This document shows positions 1 through 13,400 of a stretch of 64,000 nt of DNA, piece by piece (within the stretch, counting starts at the first letter, position 1; each line of letters starts with the position of its first letter). Below the pieces are notes generated by a model. That model made no database searches, had not been told where the DNA came from, and was given only the letters and a program-made list of their open reading frames with translations. The stretch covers positions 12,276,001-12,340,000 of the forward strand of contig NC_135825.1 in assembly GCF_964213995.1 (NCBI RefSeq), written 5' to 3'. This DNA is from Mustelus asterias. Lineage: Eukaryota. The position numbers and the translations under genes were made by a program.

Positions 1-437
1 TTCTACAGAACTTCCTTGTGTCCTAAAATTCATTGAGTACCTTCTGTCAAATTAATCCTTCTAAAGTGTATCAACTCACACTTTAAGGGTTAAATTCTAT
101 CTGCCACTTATCTGGCCATTTGACCATTCTATCTGTATCTTCTTGTAGCCCAAGACACTCTGCCTCGCTGCTAACCACCCGTCCAATCTTTGTGTCAGCT
201 GCAAACGTACTAATCCTACCCCCCACAGAGTCATCTATGTCATTTATATAAGTCACAAATAATAGGGGCCCAACACAGATCCCTGCGGTACGCCACTGGA
301 CACTGGCTTCCAGTCACTAAAGCAGCCTTCTGTCATCACCCTCTGTCTCCAACATTTTGAATTCACTTTATTAAATTACCCTGTACCCAATGTGCATTTA
401 CTACTTTACAAGTCTCCCATGTGGGATCTTGCCATTC
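1..437 (-). mobile_element. CR1-type LINE RT fragment
   Basis: The minus strand encodes remnants of the SGVPQGSVLGP and FAAD(=FADD)TKI regions. Confidence 0.75.
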
Positions 438-944
438 TGAAATGTACAAGTTGTGGCTCTAATTCCCCAGTTTCCCCAGAGGCTGTTCTATGCTGATACC
501 TCACTGATAGAGGCAGCATGGAAACTGATGTAAAGACATGGGCCTGAATTTTATATCCTCCAAGGTTCAAGCAGGAGCTGAATGGGGCGGACTCGCCAGT
601 CAGTCAGTGCGAGCACCAGAGAGGATGGTGGATACAATTGACAGGGGGAGAAGGGTCATGAGGCAGGGATGGTCCCTTTCACTTGTACAGTGCTCCATGG
701 GCAGAGGATGCCAACAATCCAGCCCTCCAACACTGGCATACAGACAGGGAAATCCCAGTTGTCCCACCATGTGACCTGTTCATTATTGGAGATTTTAAAA
801 TTTGTTCAGGAACTTAAAAAATTGTTTTATTGTTATTTAGTTTTCATGGGAAATGAGTATTGCTGGCGAAGACAGCATTCATTCCCCATCATTAATTTCC
901 CTTGACAAGGTGGGGGTATGCCACTGTCTTGTACAGCAGGAAAT

Positions 945-2160
945 GCAGCAACACCCGTGCTGTTTGCCTGTGACAAATTCTGTGTCAATGCTGATCTTCT
1001 CACTGCTGCAAACACAGCTCTGCATTTGGTATCTGACACCTATTGTACATTCACAGGGTTTCTATCTCACACCACCCGGAGGATAGCAACACATATTTCT
1101 TGCAGTTTCAAACCATGAACATTGCAAGTTGCAGCAAACATGAAGCCACATTTATTTCCAATGTCAATCTCTCTCTTTGCCTTTCTCATCAACCGTTAAA
1201 GAATTTGAGGAGTTAATGGAATATTGCTGGAAATTGGTGCTTATTTAGGATGAAGCCGTCACTCACAGAATTCTATACTCAATAAAAAATGATCAAACAT
1301 TGGAACCATTTGGAAAATTCAGAACTCTGAGTTCAATCTGTTACACGTGGGTAAGAACTTCACTCTGAGTAAATCTAAAGTTAGAACTCTCATTGACCAC
1401 AGCCTTGGGTGGAGAAACATGTTCATTTTTTATTATTAACTCATTCGTAGAATCAACAACAACAGCAATAACTTGTTCTTTTTAAAGTGCCTTTCACTCA
1501 TAGAATTTTGCAGTGCAGATGGAGGCCATTTGGTCCATCAAGCCGACACAATGCCACCCAGATCCTATCCCCATAACTCCACATATTTGCCCTGCTGATC
1601 CCCTGACATAATGGGGCAATTTAACTTGGGCAATGAATCTAACCTTCACATCTTTGGATTGTGGGATGAAACCGGAGCGCCTGGAGGAAATTCACACAGA
1701 CCACGGGGAGGGAATTGTGCAAACTCCACACTGCCAGTCACCCAAGTTCGGAATTGAACCTGGGCACCTGGCACTGTGAGGCAGCAGTGCTAACCACTGT
1801 GCCACCGTACTGCCCGGTAAAACCTCCTCAGGCATTTTATGACATCAGACAAGTGCTGTTGCTGAGGCAAAGATTAGATCAAAGAGACTGGTCAGTTTTA
1901 GGGAGAGGTTGGTGGAGTTTTGAATCGAGACAATTGGAAACATTTCTGTTCGCGATGTGGTGAAGACTTGGAAATACACGAGAAGCCACGGCTGGGGAAC
2001 ATAAGATTCGCAGAAACATTTGTAAAGATGGGGACTGACGAGACCATGGAGAAATTTGAATAGGAGAATGAGAATTTAATATTGAGTTTATTTGATTTTG
2101 GGAACCACTCAATGAGCACATACACATGAGTGAAGGGCACCCGACAGGTATCACAACAAT
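945..2160 (+). repeat. Locus-specific intergenic block of about 1 kb, five copies (also 19915-21035 +, 22590-24185 -, 48090-48830 -, 59180-59925 -)
   Basis: Near-identical sequence, e.g. GCAACACCCGTGCTGTTTGCCTGTGACAAATTC, and recurring MSDTKCRAVF.. ORF translations. Confidence 0.88.
1500..1810 (-). mobile_element. SINE of the same family; other copies at about 10260-10385, 12490-12660, 17265-17570, 20595-20900, 22370-22580, 22955-23265, 27985-28310, 32640-32810, 39350-39480, 51096-51255, 63695-64000
   Basis: GGCACAGTGGTTAGCACTGCTGCCTCACAG head, GTGTGGAGTTTGCAC core and GGCCGAATGGCCTCC-like 3' part. Confidence 0.8.
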
Positions 2161-4392
2161 ATGTCATGTGAGATATGGAATAACACTCTTTAAATTTATC
2201 ACCTGGACAGATATGCGCTGAAACTCATTAAAGGGGCTTTTGCCGAGCAAAGTCACGACATACAAACACACAAATTAGGAACAGGAGGAGGCCATTCAGC
2301 CCCTCATGCCTAATTTGTCATTCAATAATATCATGGCTGATCTGATTGTGACCTCAACTTTATATCCCACTGACCCTGACAATCATTGACTTCCTTGTTA
2401 GTCTAGAATCTTCCAAGCCTCATCTGAAAAATATTTTTTGACCCTGCCTCCACCACCCTCTGTGAAAGAGAGTTCCAAAAATTCACAACCCTCTCAGAGA
2501 AAATAAATCTTCTCATCTCTGTCTTCAATGGGAGAAACCTTATATTGAAATGGTGTCGGTGAGTTGTAGCGTCTCTCAGCATCCACCCTGTCATGTCCTC
2601 CATTAGGGACCAAACCAGACACTCCAAGGTGTTTCATAAAGTTAGCCGAGACCCAAAGTTTTAGATTTGATTTTGGAATTAGGGTGAGCATAAGTTGTTT
2701 TACTCCAGGTATGATTCAAGTGACCCACGAGGAAACTTTAGTCAAAACTAACTTTATTTAAGAAACAGTTAGAATAGAGCAAAAAAGAATTAGCATAACT
2801 TTTACCAAGTAAAATACTTAAACATGACAAAGTATAATTTTTACAAGCTAGCTATCGCTATTGTTCCAATTTAGCACATCCCCCAGTGAGACATAAATCC
2901 CATCTTGAGAAACAGTTCGCAAAGAAAGCAAATATGCTTCATGAACACTTGGTTTCCAGCCTTTTAATACCTCTCGACAAACATCAGGACAGCACTTTCT
3001 AGAGAAGGATATATTCCAAACAACAGAACTTCAGAGAAGTAAACCTAATCTGTGGCAACTCCCAGTCTTCAGACTTCAGAATTGGAAATGGATTCCTCAC
3101 TCTGCAGCTTCCAAAACATCACCTTCTCAGAGAAAGAGACTTGTTTCCTGGCAAATTCCAGTCTCCAACTTCAGAGAGGGAAACTGAAAGGCACTACTCT
3201 CTAACAACTCAAAGCAGAATTTGACTTGATCTTTCTGTGTAAACCTAGCTCCACCTAGTGATACGACTGTACCTATCACTTAACCTAATCAAGCCCTACT
3301 CTGCAAAACCCCAGGGGCCCACTGAAAATCAAACAGAAAAACATTAGTCCAGATTAAAACAAACATCCTTGCAATTAGGAGCAATTATGCTGCTGCAGTA
3401 ACAACATATGGCTGCTGGACAAAGCGGCATGGATAACAAAAAGAATCTGCGAAAACAGACCTGCATAAGAAACGTAACAATACATTCCTTAATTCACAAT
3501 ATTTTCACATGAGCCAATCCTCTATCCATGCCAGAATATTCCCTACAAAACCATCTTGCGTATTAACATTTTGTATGGTACCTTATCAAATGCTTTTTGA
3601 AAATCCAAATATACAACGTCGACTGGTTCTCCTCTATCTACTCTGATTGATACCTCCTCAAAGAACTCTAGTAAATTTGCCATTCATGACTTTCCCTTCA
3701 TGAACCCAATCTGACTCTGCCTGATCACATTATAACTTTCCAAAGGCCCTGATAGTCTCTCCTTAATAATTGATTCTGACATTTATCCAACAACTAAATT
3801 TAAACTAATCCAGGGAATTTCCCATCCTGAGGTTATACAGGCGCATTGTTCCATCCTGGGAAAGTGGAATATATCATTGGAGCGACTGGTATCCAGTGCA
3901 TGGAAAAATCATGTTGCCAATTCCCTCCAGAATTTGTTCATCTTTAAATTGACAAAGATTAAGATAAGAATATGAAACAAGAAATGTAGACATTTAATCA
4001 GCAAACAGATCAATTATTCTCCAGATGTCGATATACAACCTGAAGGTCACAGCCACTGTTTGGATTTTGATTCCTCCACTAAATGTTTGATCCAAATCAT
4101 GTTGGTTGGTTTTTGTTTTTTTATTAGTGTCACAAGTCGGCTTACATTAACACTGCAATGAAATTACTGAGAAAATCCCCCAATCGCCACACTCCGGCGC
4201 CAGTTCGGGTCAACTGAACAAGAATTCAGCATGGCTAATGCACCCGAACCAACACATCTTTCAGACTTCATTTAATGATGATAAAACATACTATAATGTA
4301 GATTTGTTAAAAGAAATGTTCAAAGCTGGATGAGGATTGAATATTTGACCAGGATGCAAAATTGCTTCGATGTAGATGGAATGCCAGAATCT

Positions 4393-4440
4393 TCATTTTC
4401 CCACTTTGGTCCAACTGTGAGAATTGGATTCATTGAGTGA
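4393..4440 (-). CDS. Gene A putative terminal cytoplasmic exon (SLNESNSHSWTKVGK*)
   Basis: Strong acceptor ttttcttttccag, phase 0, short ORF to TGA, ATTAAA/AATAAA signals downstream; same peptide in gene B. Not verified by transcripts. Confidence 0.5.
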   Translation of the reverse strand, partial: SLNESNSHSWTKVGK

Positions 4441-7400
4441 CTGGAAAAGAAAATCATCAGATTCATTGAGACTGGGAGAACAATGCATCAATTGACATTT
4501 CAGTCTTGAACAGAATTCTGGAAATGGCAACAATTTGGGGCAGTTTCGAGATCACATTGATCGCCCTTTGCATGTGCGCTGGGAAACACTCGTTTGGATC
4601 CTTCATGAAGACACATAACCTTATTTCCCCACAGAAAACCAATGTTCCCCTGCAGCTGTGATTACGGACAATTGACTGAAGAAATTGATTGTTATGTCCA
4701 TGTTTCTAAAAATATTTTATACAGTCCAGTTGGTGCTTCCAGCAACAACATCATTGGGTCTGTGTCTCAGCCTCTTACTGCTATCTGCATAATTTGAAAT
4801 CTCTTCCAGTTCCTGTCCAGAAACAGTCAGCCCTGTTGCCTTTTTATAGCCTTTCCAATTTCCTTCCTTATTCTTTTGCTGACAGTTTAATAAGATTGGA
4901 TGATAAGATGGAAGGGTTCTTCCATGGATGGGTTACACAGGAACACAGCAACAAGAGCAGCTCATTCAGCCCCTCGAGCCTGTCACACCAACCTGCAACT
5001 CCACACAGACACTCACCCAAGGCCAAAATCGAACCTGGGTCCCTGTCTTATCTAATCCCAGCTGTGAGAATTCTAATTGGCCCAGCATCCACAGATTTTA
5101 GGATGGATTAGTTCCAGATTTCCATGACTAGCTGTGTGAAAATAATACTTCCTAATTTCACTCCTAAGTATCTAAGCCCTCACTTTTGGGAGAGAGCGGG
5201 TAAATGGAGTTGAAATCAACCATGATTGAATGGTGGAGTGGACTCGATGGGCCGAATGGCCTTACTTCCGCTCCTATGTCTTATGGTCTTATGGTCTTAT
5301 GGCCCCGTGTACTCCATCTCCCCACTGGGCAAAGAGTTTCTCTGTACCCACCATACTGAATCCCATAAAAACTTCAATCACCGATCCCAGCAACCTCCAA
5401 GTGTGAGGAAATGCAGCAAAGTTGTGCAATCTCTGCACATAATTTACTCCATTTTCCCTGTATCATTCTGATGTATTGATATTGCAGAGATGATGGTTTA
5501 GTGTCAATGTCACTGGGCTAGTAATCCAGAGGCTGATAGTAAAGTGCTGGGAACATGATTTCAACATAGTAGCTGGTGGAATATAAATGCAATGAATTCA
5601 AATTCAATTGATGAATCAATCTGGAATTGAAAATCTGACCAATGGTGGCCAGGAAGCTTGTCATCAATTGCTGTAAAAACCCATCTGGTTGGTTGGAGAT
5701 GGTGATAAACTGTCATAAATTGTCATAAATCCTCACTAATATCCTTCAGGGAAGGATATCTATTTTCCTTATGCAGTCTGACCTCCATGTGACCCCAGAC
5801 CCACCGCGATGTGTTTGATTCCTAACTGTCTTCTGAAATGGCCGAGCAAGCCACTCGGATCTGGCAATTAGGGATGGGCAACAATTCTGCCCTTGCCAGT
5901 GACGTCCACATCCCGTGAAATAGAACAAAAAGACACTGCATCCCTTCCGAGGCCAATATTTTGTTCCTGTGATTCGGACACCATCCAGAACAAACAATTC
6001 AACATTGCATTATAAAATCCTCCAGTGATAAAGTGAAACTTCCATTTATGAGTGGAAGTTATCCTGGACAAAGACAGCTGATCACTTCAGGATGGATGCA
6101 GCTGCAACAAGGATCAGGAACATTGACACAATCGAAAACAAACAGTCCCCTTGATCTTTCCTCCATAACATCAGCAACACTTCAGAACCAAACCATATAA
6201 TCTGTAAGATACTTTGGGTGGACTTTCCACCCAAGTTCCTCTGGAAGGTGGGTGCGGGAGGAGGGGGGAGGGGGCTGGACAAGAGCAGAAGATCTCGCGA
6301 GAGCCCCAATATTACTTTGATGGGAAGTCTCTTTGTGATTGTCCCCAGCTCCCATCACTGACTTCACAGGATTCCCAACGTTGAACAACATAATCAATTT
6401 GCATGTCATTATCAAGACCCGGCACCTGATCAACCCCCGCTCCCCCCACACCCCCCAACCCTCACTTCCACTGTTCGATGATCCACTCATGTCAGTGTGA
6501 GGGCACACTGGTGTGCATTATGATTGATGGCCATGGCATGTACCAGGAGGAAGAGTTTTAACAACACCTGGTTAAAGTCCAACAGGTTTATTTGGTAGCA
6601 AATACCATTAGCTTTCAGAGCGCTGCTCCTTCATCAGATGGAGTGGGAATTTGCGCTCAAACAGGGCACAGAGACACAGAATCAAGTTACAGAATACTGA
6701 TTGGAATGCGAATCCCAAAGCCAACCAGATCTTAAAGACCAGGAGGGCAGACCCACTGGAGATGCTCAGGTGAGTGCATCGCTCAAAGTTACTGTCAAGG
6801 GGCAGTGTCCATTCAGTGCCAGGGGTCAGTGCCAGGGCAGTGCCCATGCTGTGCCAGTGGTCAGTGCCAGTGTCAGTGTCCATTCAGTGCCAGGGGTCAG
6901 TGCCAGGGCAGTGCCCATGCTGTGCCAGTGGTCAGTGCCAGTGTCAGTGTCCATTCAGTGCCAGGGGTCAGTGCCAGGGCAGTGCCAATGCTGTGCCAGT
7001 GGTCAGTGCCAGTGTCAGTGTCCATGCAGTGCCAGGGGTCAATGCTAGGGCAGTGTCCATGCAGTGCCAGTGGTTAGTGCCAGTGTCAGTGTCCAGGCAG
7101 TGCCAGGGGTCAGTGCCAGGGCAGTGCCCATGCTGTGCCAGTGGTCAGTGCCAGTGTCCATGCAATGCCAGGGGTCTGTGCCAGTGTCAGTGTCCATGCA
7201 GTGCCAGGGGTCAATGCTGGGGCAGTGTCCATGCAGTGCCAGTGGTCAGTGCCAGTGTCAGTGTCCATGCAGTGCCAGGGGTCAATGCTGGGGCAGTGTC
7301 CATGCAGTGCCAGTGGTCAGTGCCAGTGTCAGTGTCCATGCAGTGCCAGGGGTCAATGCTAGGGCAGTGTCCATGCAGTGCCAGTGGTTAGTGCCAGTGT

Positions 7401-10400
7401 CAGTGTCCATGCAGTGCCAGGGGTCAGTGCCAGGGCAGTGCCGATGCTGTGCCAGTGTTCAGTGCCAGTGTCAGTGTCCGTGCAATGCCAGGGGTCAGTG
7501 CCTGTGTCAGTGTCCATGCGGTGCCAGGGGTCAGTGCCTGTGTCAGTGTCCATGCAGTGCCAGGGGTCAGTGCCAGTGTCGATGCAGTGCCAGTGGTCAG
7601 TGCCAGTGTCAGTGTCCATGCAGTACCAGGGGTCAATGCTAGGGCAGTGTCCATGCAGTGCCAGGGGTTAATGCTGGGGCAGTGTCCATGCAGTGCCAGT
7701 GGTCAGTGCCAGTGTCAGTGTCCATGCAGTGCCAGGGGTCAATGCCAGAGGCAGTGTCGGGGGATGGGGGGGGCGGGGGGGGGGGTGCATGAGGTTGTGC
7801 AAGGGGAGGGGGCTTCCGTTTTCACTTTTGTGCATCAAGTTGACTTTCAAAAATATCATTTTGATCTTGAAGAAACTGAAATTTCTGGTGGGATGGGCAG
7901 TATCCTGTCCCTTCAACATTTATACACATATTCTTCACCATATTTCTTCACCGCCTCTTTTCCCGCCCCTGCCACACTTGGAAATGAAAGGTAAAATTCC
8001 CCCCTGTGTTTAGTCCTGTGGACATTGACATCAGTGCAAGTTTCTCTGCACAATATCTGTGATAATTACAAAGTGCTCAGAATGATTGTTGTAAAGTCCA
8101 TAATCCTCACCTGAGATTTTCTCGTGTACCATGTGACCGAAATCACACAAATCACCAGGAGGGTAAAGAGCCCCCAGCGAATCACATTCCAGATGAAGGA
8201 ACTGAGCAAACTGGAAGAAATACAGAATGATTTGAAGGGAATGAGGCAGCTTCGTGTTTGAAACATGAATCTCCTCTTTACACTGTGACCTATTGTAGCA
8301 GCATCGCACAGACAAGGCACGTTAGCTGGAGCAATCAACTAAAGTTTCACTGATCAACTTCATGATCATTAGATACAGATCAAATGGAGCTGGTTTCATT
8401 AACTTTCCTCAGTATATCTGTAATGCTGAGTAAAATCTTAGAAGTAAGAATGTTATGAATTGACTGGTCATTGGGACAGAAACATTGTCTGGTGCAACAT
8501 AACATTGGTGAGATATCTGTTCAGTGAGTAAGAAACTTCCAATAACATCATCCCACACTGTTCCAAAGTAGAATCATATTCCACTCAATATTAACTCTGC
8601 TCCTCTCTCCACAGATGCTACCGGACCTGCTGAGATTTTCCAGCACTTTCTGTTTTTATCATCCCACGATTCCCTGGTGCACAGGAAATTCGGAACCAGC
8701 CGGAAGCAGATGGCCTCAGTTTGGGAACAATGTATTAAACTGGGCAACTGAGAAGGGGAAGATGACAGTGAATGCAATGTTCCTGTCAGCGATACTCCAG
8801 AACACACCGGGTTAAGGGAATCTGGCATCGCTGGAGTGTGACAAACACAACTCCATGAGATTGGGTTCACGGTGAAGTGATTAACATGAATAATGAAAAC
8901 TGCACCATCTAAGGTGTGGCAAACAGAGAAAGCTCACTTCTTAGTCTGAATTTCCACTGACAGAAACAGCAACTTTGTTAGGAAGCAACACAATAGCATT
9001 ATGTAAACACAGCTACCGGGTGGGATGGTGAGCCCAGGTTGGGGGACCACAGGAATGCTGTTGGAGATTCAATATCTGGCAAAACCTGGAAGGCGCAGGC
9101 GACTTCATCAGATTCACGGCCATAGTGGGTGAGAACCTGATTTACATACATTTTAATATATTTCCATATCATTAAAGACCCCCCCACTCCCCAGATATTG
9201 AGCCCTCGCTGTGTTTTCAAACTGGGGCAACGTGACATCACATTGGTGCATTTTACAACAGGTTCACCTGGACATGATGGGGAACCCCCTTCCTGGGCAA
9301 GAGGGATATGGTCAGGCAGTGGCCTGGCAATGCCCTCTGGCACTCTCCCTTGGTGCAGGTTGGCACTGCCAAGTTGGCACCATGCCATTCCAACATTGCC
9401 AACCTGGCAGTGCCCACCTGTATCAGTGGAAGTTCCGGGGTGGACCTCAGTGGGAGTGTCATAGGGGAGGAGTTATTCGTTTACAAGTGAGGGTGGGCCG
9501 GAGCGGACAGGGGAGCTGGAGCAGCCGTTTGTGGGAAGGGGCTGGGTTTGTCGGCAATGGCTGTGTGGGTGGAGGGTTGGAGGGAAGGGCTCCAATGTTC
9601 GGGGGGAAGGGGGGTGGTGCCAACACTGACTGCTGGAGGGGGGAAAGGGTCTGATATTCGGGGGAGGGGATTGGTGTCAGCACTGATTGCTGAGGGCTGA
9701 TGTGGGGGGAGAATTGCTGGCGCATCACAGGAGGATGCGAATGCCGACTCTGATCAGGGTGTGGTGGGATTTGGGGGGAGCCCCTGAGAGCTCTGTGGTG
9801 GGGTGGGGAGGAGGTTACATTTTGCTTTGATTGGGCCGCCATGTTTGTGCACTGTCAGCTTACTGCAGCCAGGATTTGCGTATTGAGGCCCCGCCCCCTA
9901 CATGATGATGTGAAACATGCCCAGCTGTTTTTTTGTGACAGAGTGTGGTAAGTTCTGGAGACAAAGCCAACCTGCTTCGAGCCAGAACCAACAGTTTTCA
10001 GTAAGATTTCCCTAATATTGTCTTTTATGTTTACGGGGGCTGTTTACAGATTCAGCTTTATTCTGGAGGCAGTCGGTGTGTCTGTAAAACATTCAGTTCA
10101 GATGCTGGGAGAGCAGGATAATGGCTCATTTTAGCCATGGAGGGGGGAAGCTAAGCAAAAAATGACAGTGTTGTTTCCGGCAAGAAAAATGACAGGTGTC
10201 TCTCCAGAGAAACAGGTTAGATTTCTGTGCAGATCTTTGACTGAGAGAGGAAACCGGAGCACACGGAGGAAACTCACGTAGGTTCAGAGAATGTGCAGAC
10301 TCCAGGCAGACAGTCACCCAAGGCCAGAATTGAACTTGGATCCCTCGTGCTGCGAGGCAGCACTGCTAACCACAGTGCCTCTGTGTCACCTGTTGTCATA

Positions 10401-13400
10401 CCGTTATTAGGTTAAAATCCTGGAAGTTCTTACCACTCACTTTCCGTCCATGCCACACCAAAGCTGTCGATCTGTGTCACACAACTGCAGTTCTCCCGTG
10501 ATCTGTTGATCACTGACACTGTAACCATTTCACTGGATTTTTCTCCCTGGTGATTTGAGGCTGTGCAGTAATATTGATGATGTTGCTGTGTGAAGGGTTG
10601 ACAATGTAGATCCAGTTTATTGGTGTCAGAGATCTTTGAATCTTCAGACGGGGCCTTTTCATACCATGTGTACTGAATGGGAAGTGATCCCTGGACAGAC
10701 TCACAGGAGACGGACACTGAGCCCCCAGAACATGAGGCATTTGGTGGTGATAGAAATTTAAGTTCAGGAATAGACACGGTTTCTGTGGGAAAAAGACAAT
10801 CATTATCGGATTTTCACAGTAACTTCATTGCCGTGTTAATGTGAGCCTACTTGTGACACTAATTTAGAAAAGCTTTAACTTTAAACTTTAAAACTTTAAA
10901 CTTCAGAATGACCAAAAAATTAAATAGTTTCATATTACCAATATTTCTACACCTCATCCAGGGTGTGAGGAGGAAGGGAAAGTGTTAGAGAGAGAGAGAG
11001 ATGGCAGTGGGAGCTTGGCCGAATGCACGTAGTATCTATTGATTGCTGTCATGGACAGCAGATATCCATGATAGCAGATTAGTTAGTAACAAGCATTGGA
11101 GTGTGACCTGAGATAGACTGTGGATGTTTACTGAGATAACGGAGACTTAAATATCTTTCTAAAAATCTAATATCGGCCAGAATTCTCCGATATCAGATGC
11201 TTTGCCCCCGCTACCAGTGAGAACTGAGACTTTGGCGCTCAGCCAAACCTCTGTTCACAGCTGCGGGACTCGGCAATCTCGGCCGCGGGTTTGGTGAATT
11301 CCGGACATTGTTTGTATTTGTATTTGACATTTAACAGTAAGTACCATTTAAGATTTAAGTGTGAGTACTGTTTAAAGTTGAGGGCGGGGTTTTATGGCCT
11401 CGAATGAGCGAGACTGGAAAATCCCATCCAATGTCTGCTCATCATCACATTGCTCCTTGAGGGAGCTTATTGCTCACAAATTGGTGCTGAGCTTCCTACA
11501 TCACAACAATGGCTCTGAATCAGTTCCAGCATTGACCAGAACGGACTTTAAAACTGTCCTGAAGATGTGAAAAGTGCAAAGTAAATGCAATTCTATTTTA
11601 ATTCCAATTGCTTCGAGCAACTGATAGAACTTAAACCATGAGCAATTCAGACTGATGTTAATTAAACATTCGTTGTACTTTTTGAAGCGAAAAGAGATAT
11701 TTACCAATGTTGCTGATTTGTGTTAAATAACTGCAGTCATTCTCTGAAATGTGGATCACTGACACTGTAACCATTTCACTGTATTTTTCTCCCTGGTTAT
11801 TTGAGGCTGTGCAGTAATATTGATGACGTCGCTGTGTGAAGGATTGACAATGTAGATCCAGTTTATTGGTGTCAGAGATCTTTGAATCTTCAGACGGGGT
11901 CTTTTCATACCATGTGTACTGAATGGGAAGTGATCCCTGGACAGACTCACAGGAGACGGACACTGAGCCCCCAGAACATGAGGCATTTGGTGGTGATAAA
12001 AATCTAAGTTCAGGAACAGACACGGGTTCTGTGGGAAAGAAACAAACATTCAGAAACTGACTGAGCATCTAAAAATCAAACACTCTGTGAATTTCAGCTC
12101 ATCAACCTCTCATTCTGGTTCAGTCATGTTGCAATCTCACCAACACATCCAGCTCTCCATATCTCTCCATCCTCCAAGCAGCCTGAACTACAATGTCTAC
12201 TATTATATCAGAACATCACAGCTCTCCAGATCAGACCATGAACCAGGACCGAAAGATTTAAATTTAATGGTGAGTGGATTAGATGAGATTTGGGGCAATG
12301 GGTTATTTCACACGGGGGATGTTGAGGGTCTGGAATTCACTGCCTGGAAGAGTGGTAGAGGGTGGGAGAGGCGGATAACCTGATCACATTAAACAAAATG
12401 GATTCAACTTGAGATCCTGTAACCTACAGAGCTCTGGATCAAGAAATATATGGTGGGATTAGATTGGATTGCTTGTTCAGTCAACCCAGTGTGGCACAGT
12501 GGCACAGTGATTAGCACTGCAGCCTCACAGCGCCAGGGACCCGGGTTCAATTCTAGCATTGGCTGTGTGGTCAGTGTGGAGTTTGCACGTTTTCCCCGTG
12601 TCTGCGTGGCTTTCCTCTGGGTGCTTCAGTTTCCTCCCACAACCAAAGATATGCAGATACCCATGGGGAGGTGATGGCCCAGTGGTGTTATCGCTCGCCT
12701 ATTAATCCAGAATCTCATCTAATGTTCTGGGGACCAGGGTTCGAATCCCGCCATGGCAGCAGTTGGAATTTGATTTCAATAAAGAAAATCTGGAATTAAG
12801 AATCTACTGATCACGATGAAACCATTGTCAGTTATTGGAAAACCCATCTGGTTCACTCATGTCCGTTAAAGAAGGAAATCTACCATCCTTTCCTGGTCTG
12901 GCCTACATGTGATGCCAGAGCCAAAGCAATGTGGTTAATTCTTGACTGTCCTCTGAAATGGCCTCGCAAACCTCTCAGGATGGGCAATAAATGCCACCCA
13001 GCCAGCGATGCCCATGTCCACAAATGAATAAAACAAATACTGGCACCTCGCACCAGGCAGTGCCAATGTGGGTGGTGCTGGCGGGGGAGTTGGCATTCTG
13101 GGGGGTGGGGCCTATTGGGGGCTCAATGAGTTGGGGGGTTTTCAGTGACACTGTGCACTGGGATCAGTGTGAGAGGGAGAGAGGAGGGGGATCAGGGCTG
13201 GCCATCTGGGTGGGGGGAGATCGGGGCTGGCCCAGGAGAGCTCTGGTAGGCCAGTGATTGGATGGTTGTGGGGGGTCGGGATGGCCAGCGATCGGGAGGC
13301 TAGCGGTGAGGGGGCCACTGTGCATGCGCCACTCTCCGCAGTGACAGATCGGTGTGTGTGCAGTGGCTCACTCAGCACTATACTGCCGGCCTCTCCAGTG

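Noticed and set aside
833-1118. Recurrent MSDTKCRAVF.. ORF seen five times
   Set aside because: It has a GTG start, variable C-termini and no recognisable domain. Recurrence is explained by segmental duplication of non-coding DNA.
6701-8013. Cys/Gln-rich ORFs resembling keratin-associated or metallothionein-like proteins
   Set aside because: They are translations of the CAGTG satellite, open in several frames on both strands, and lie inside an intron.
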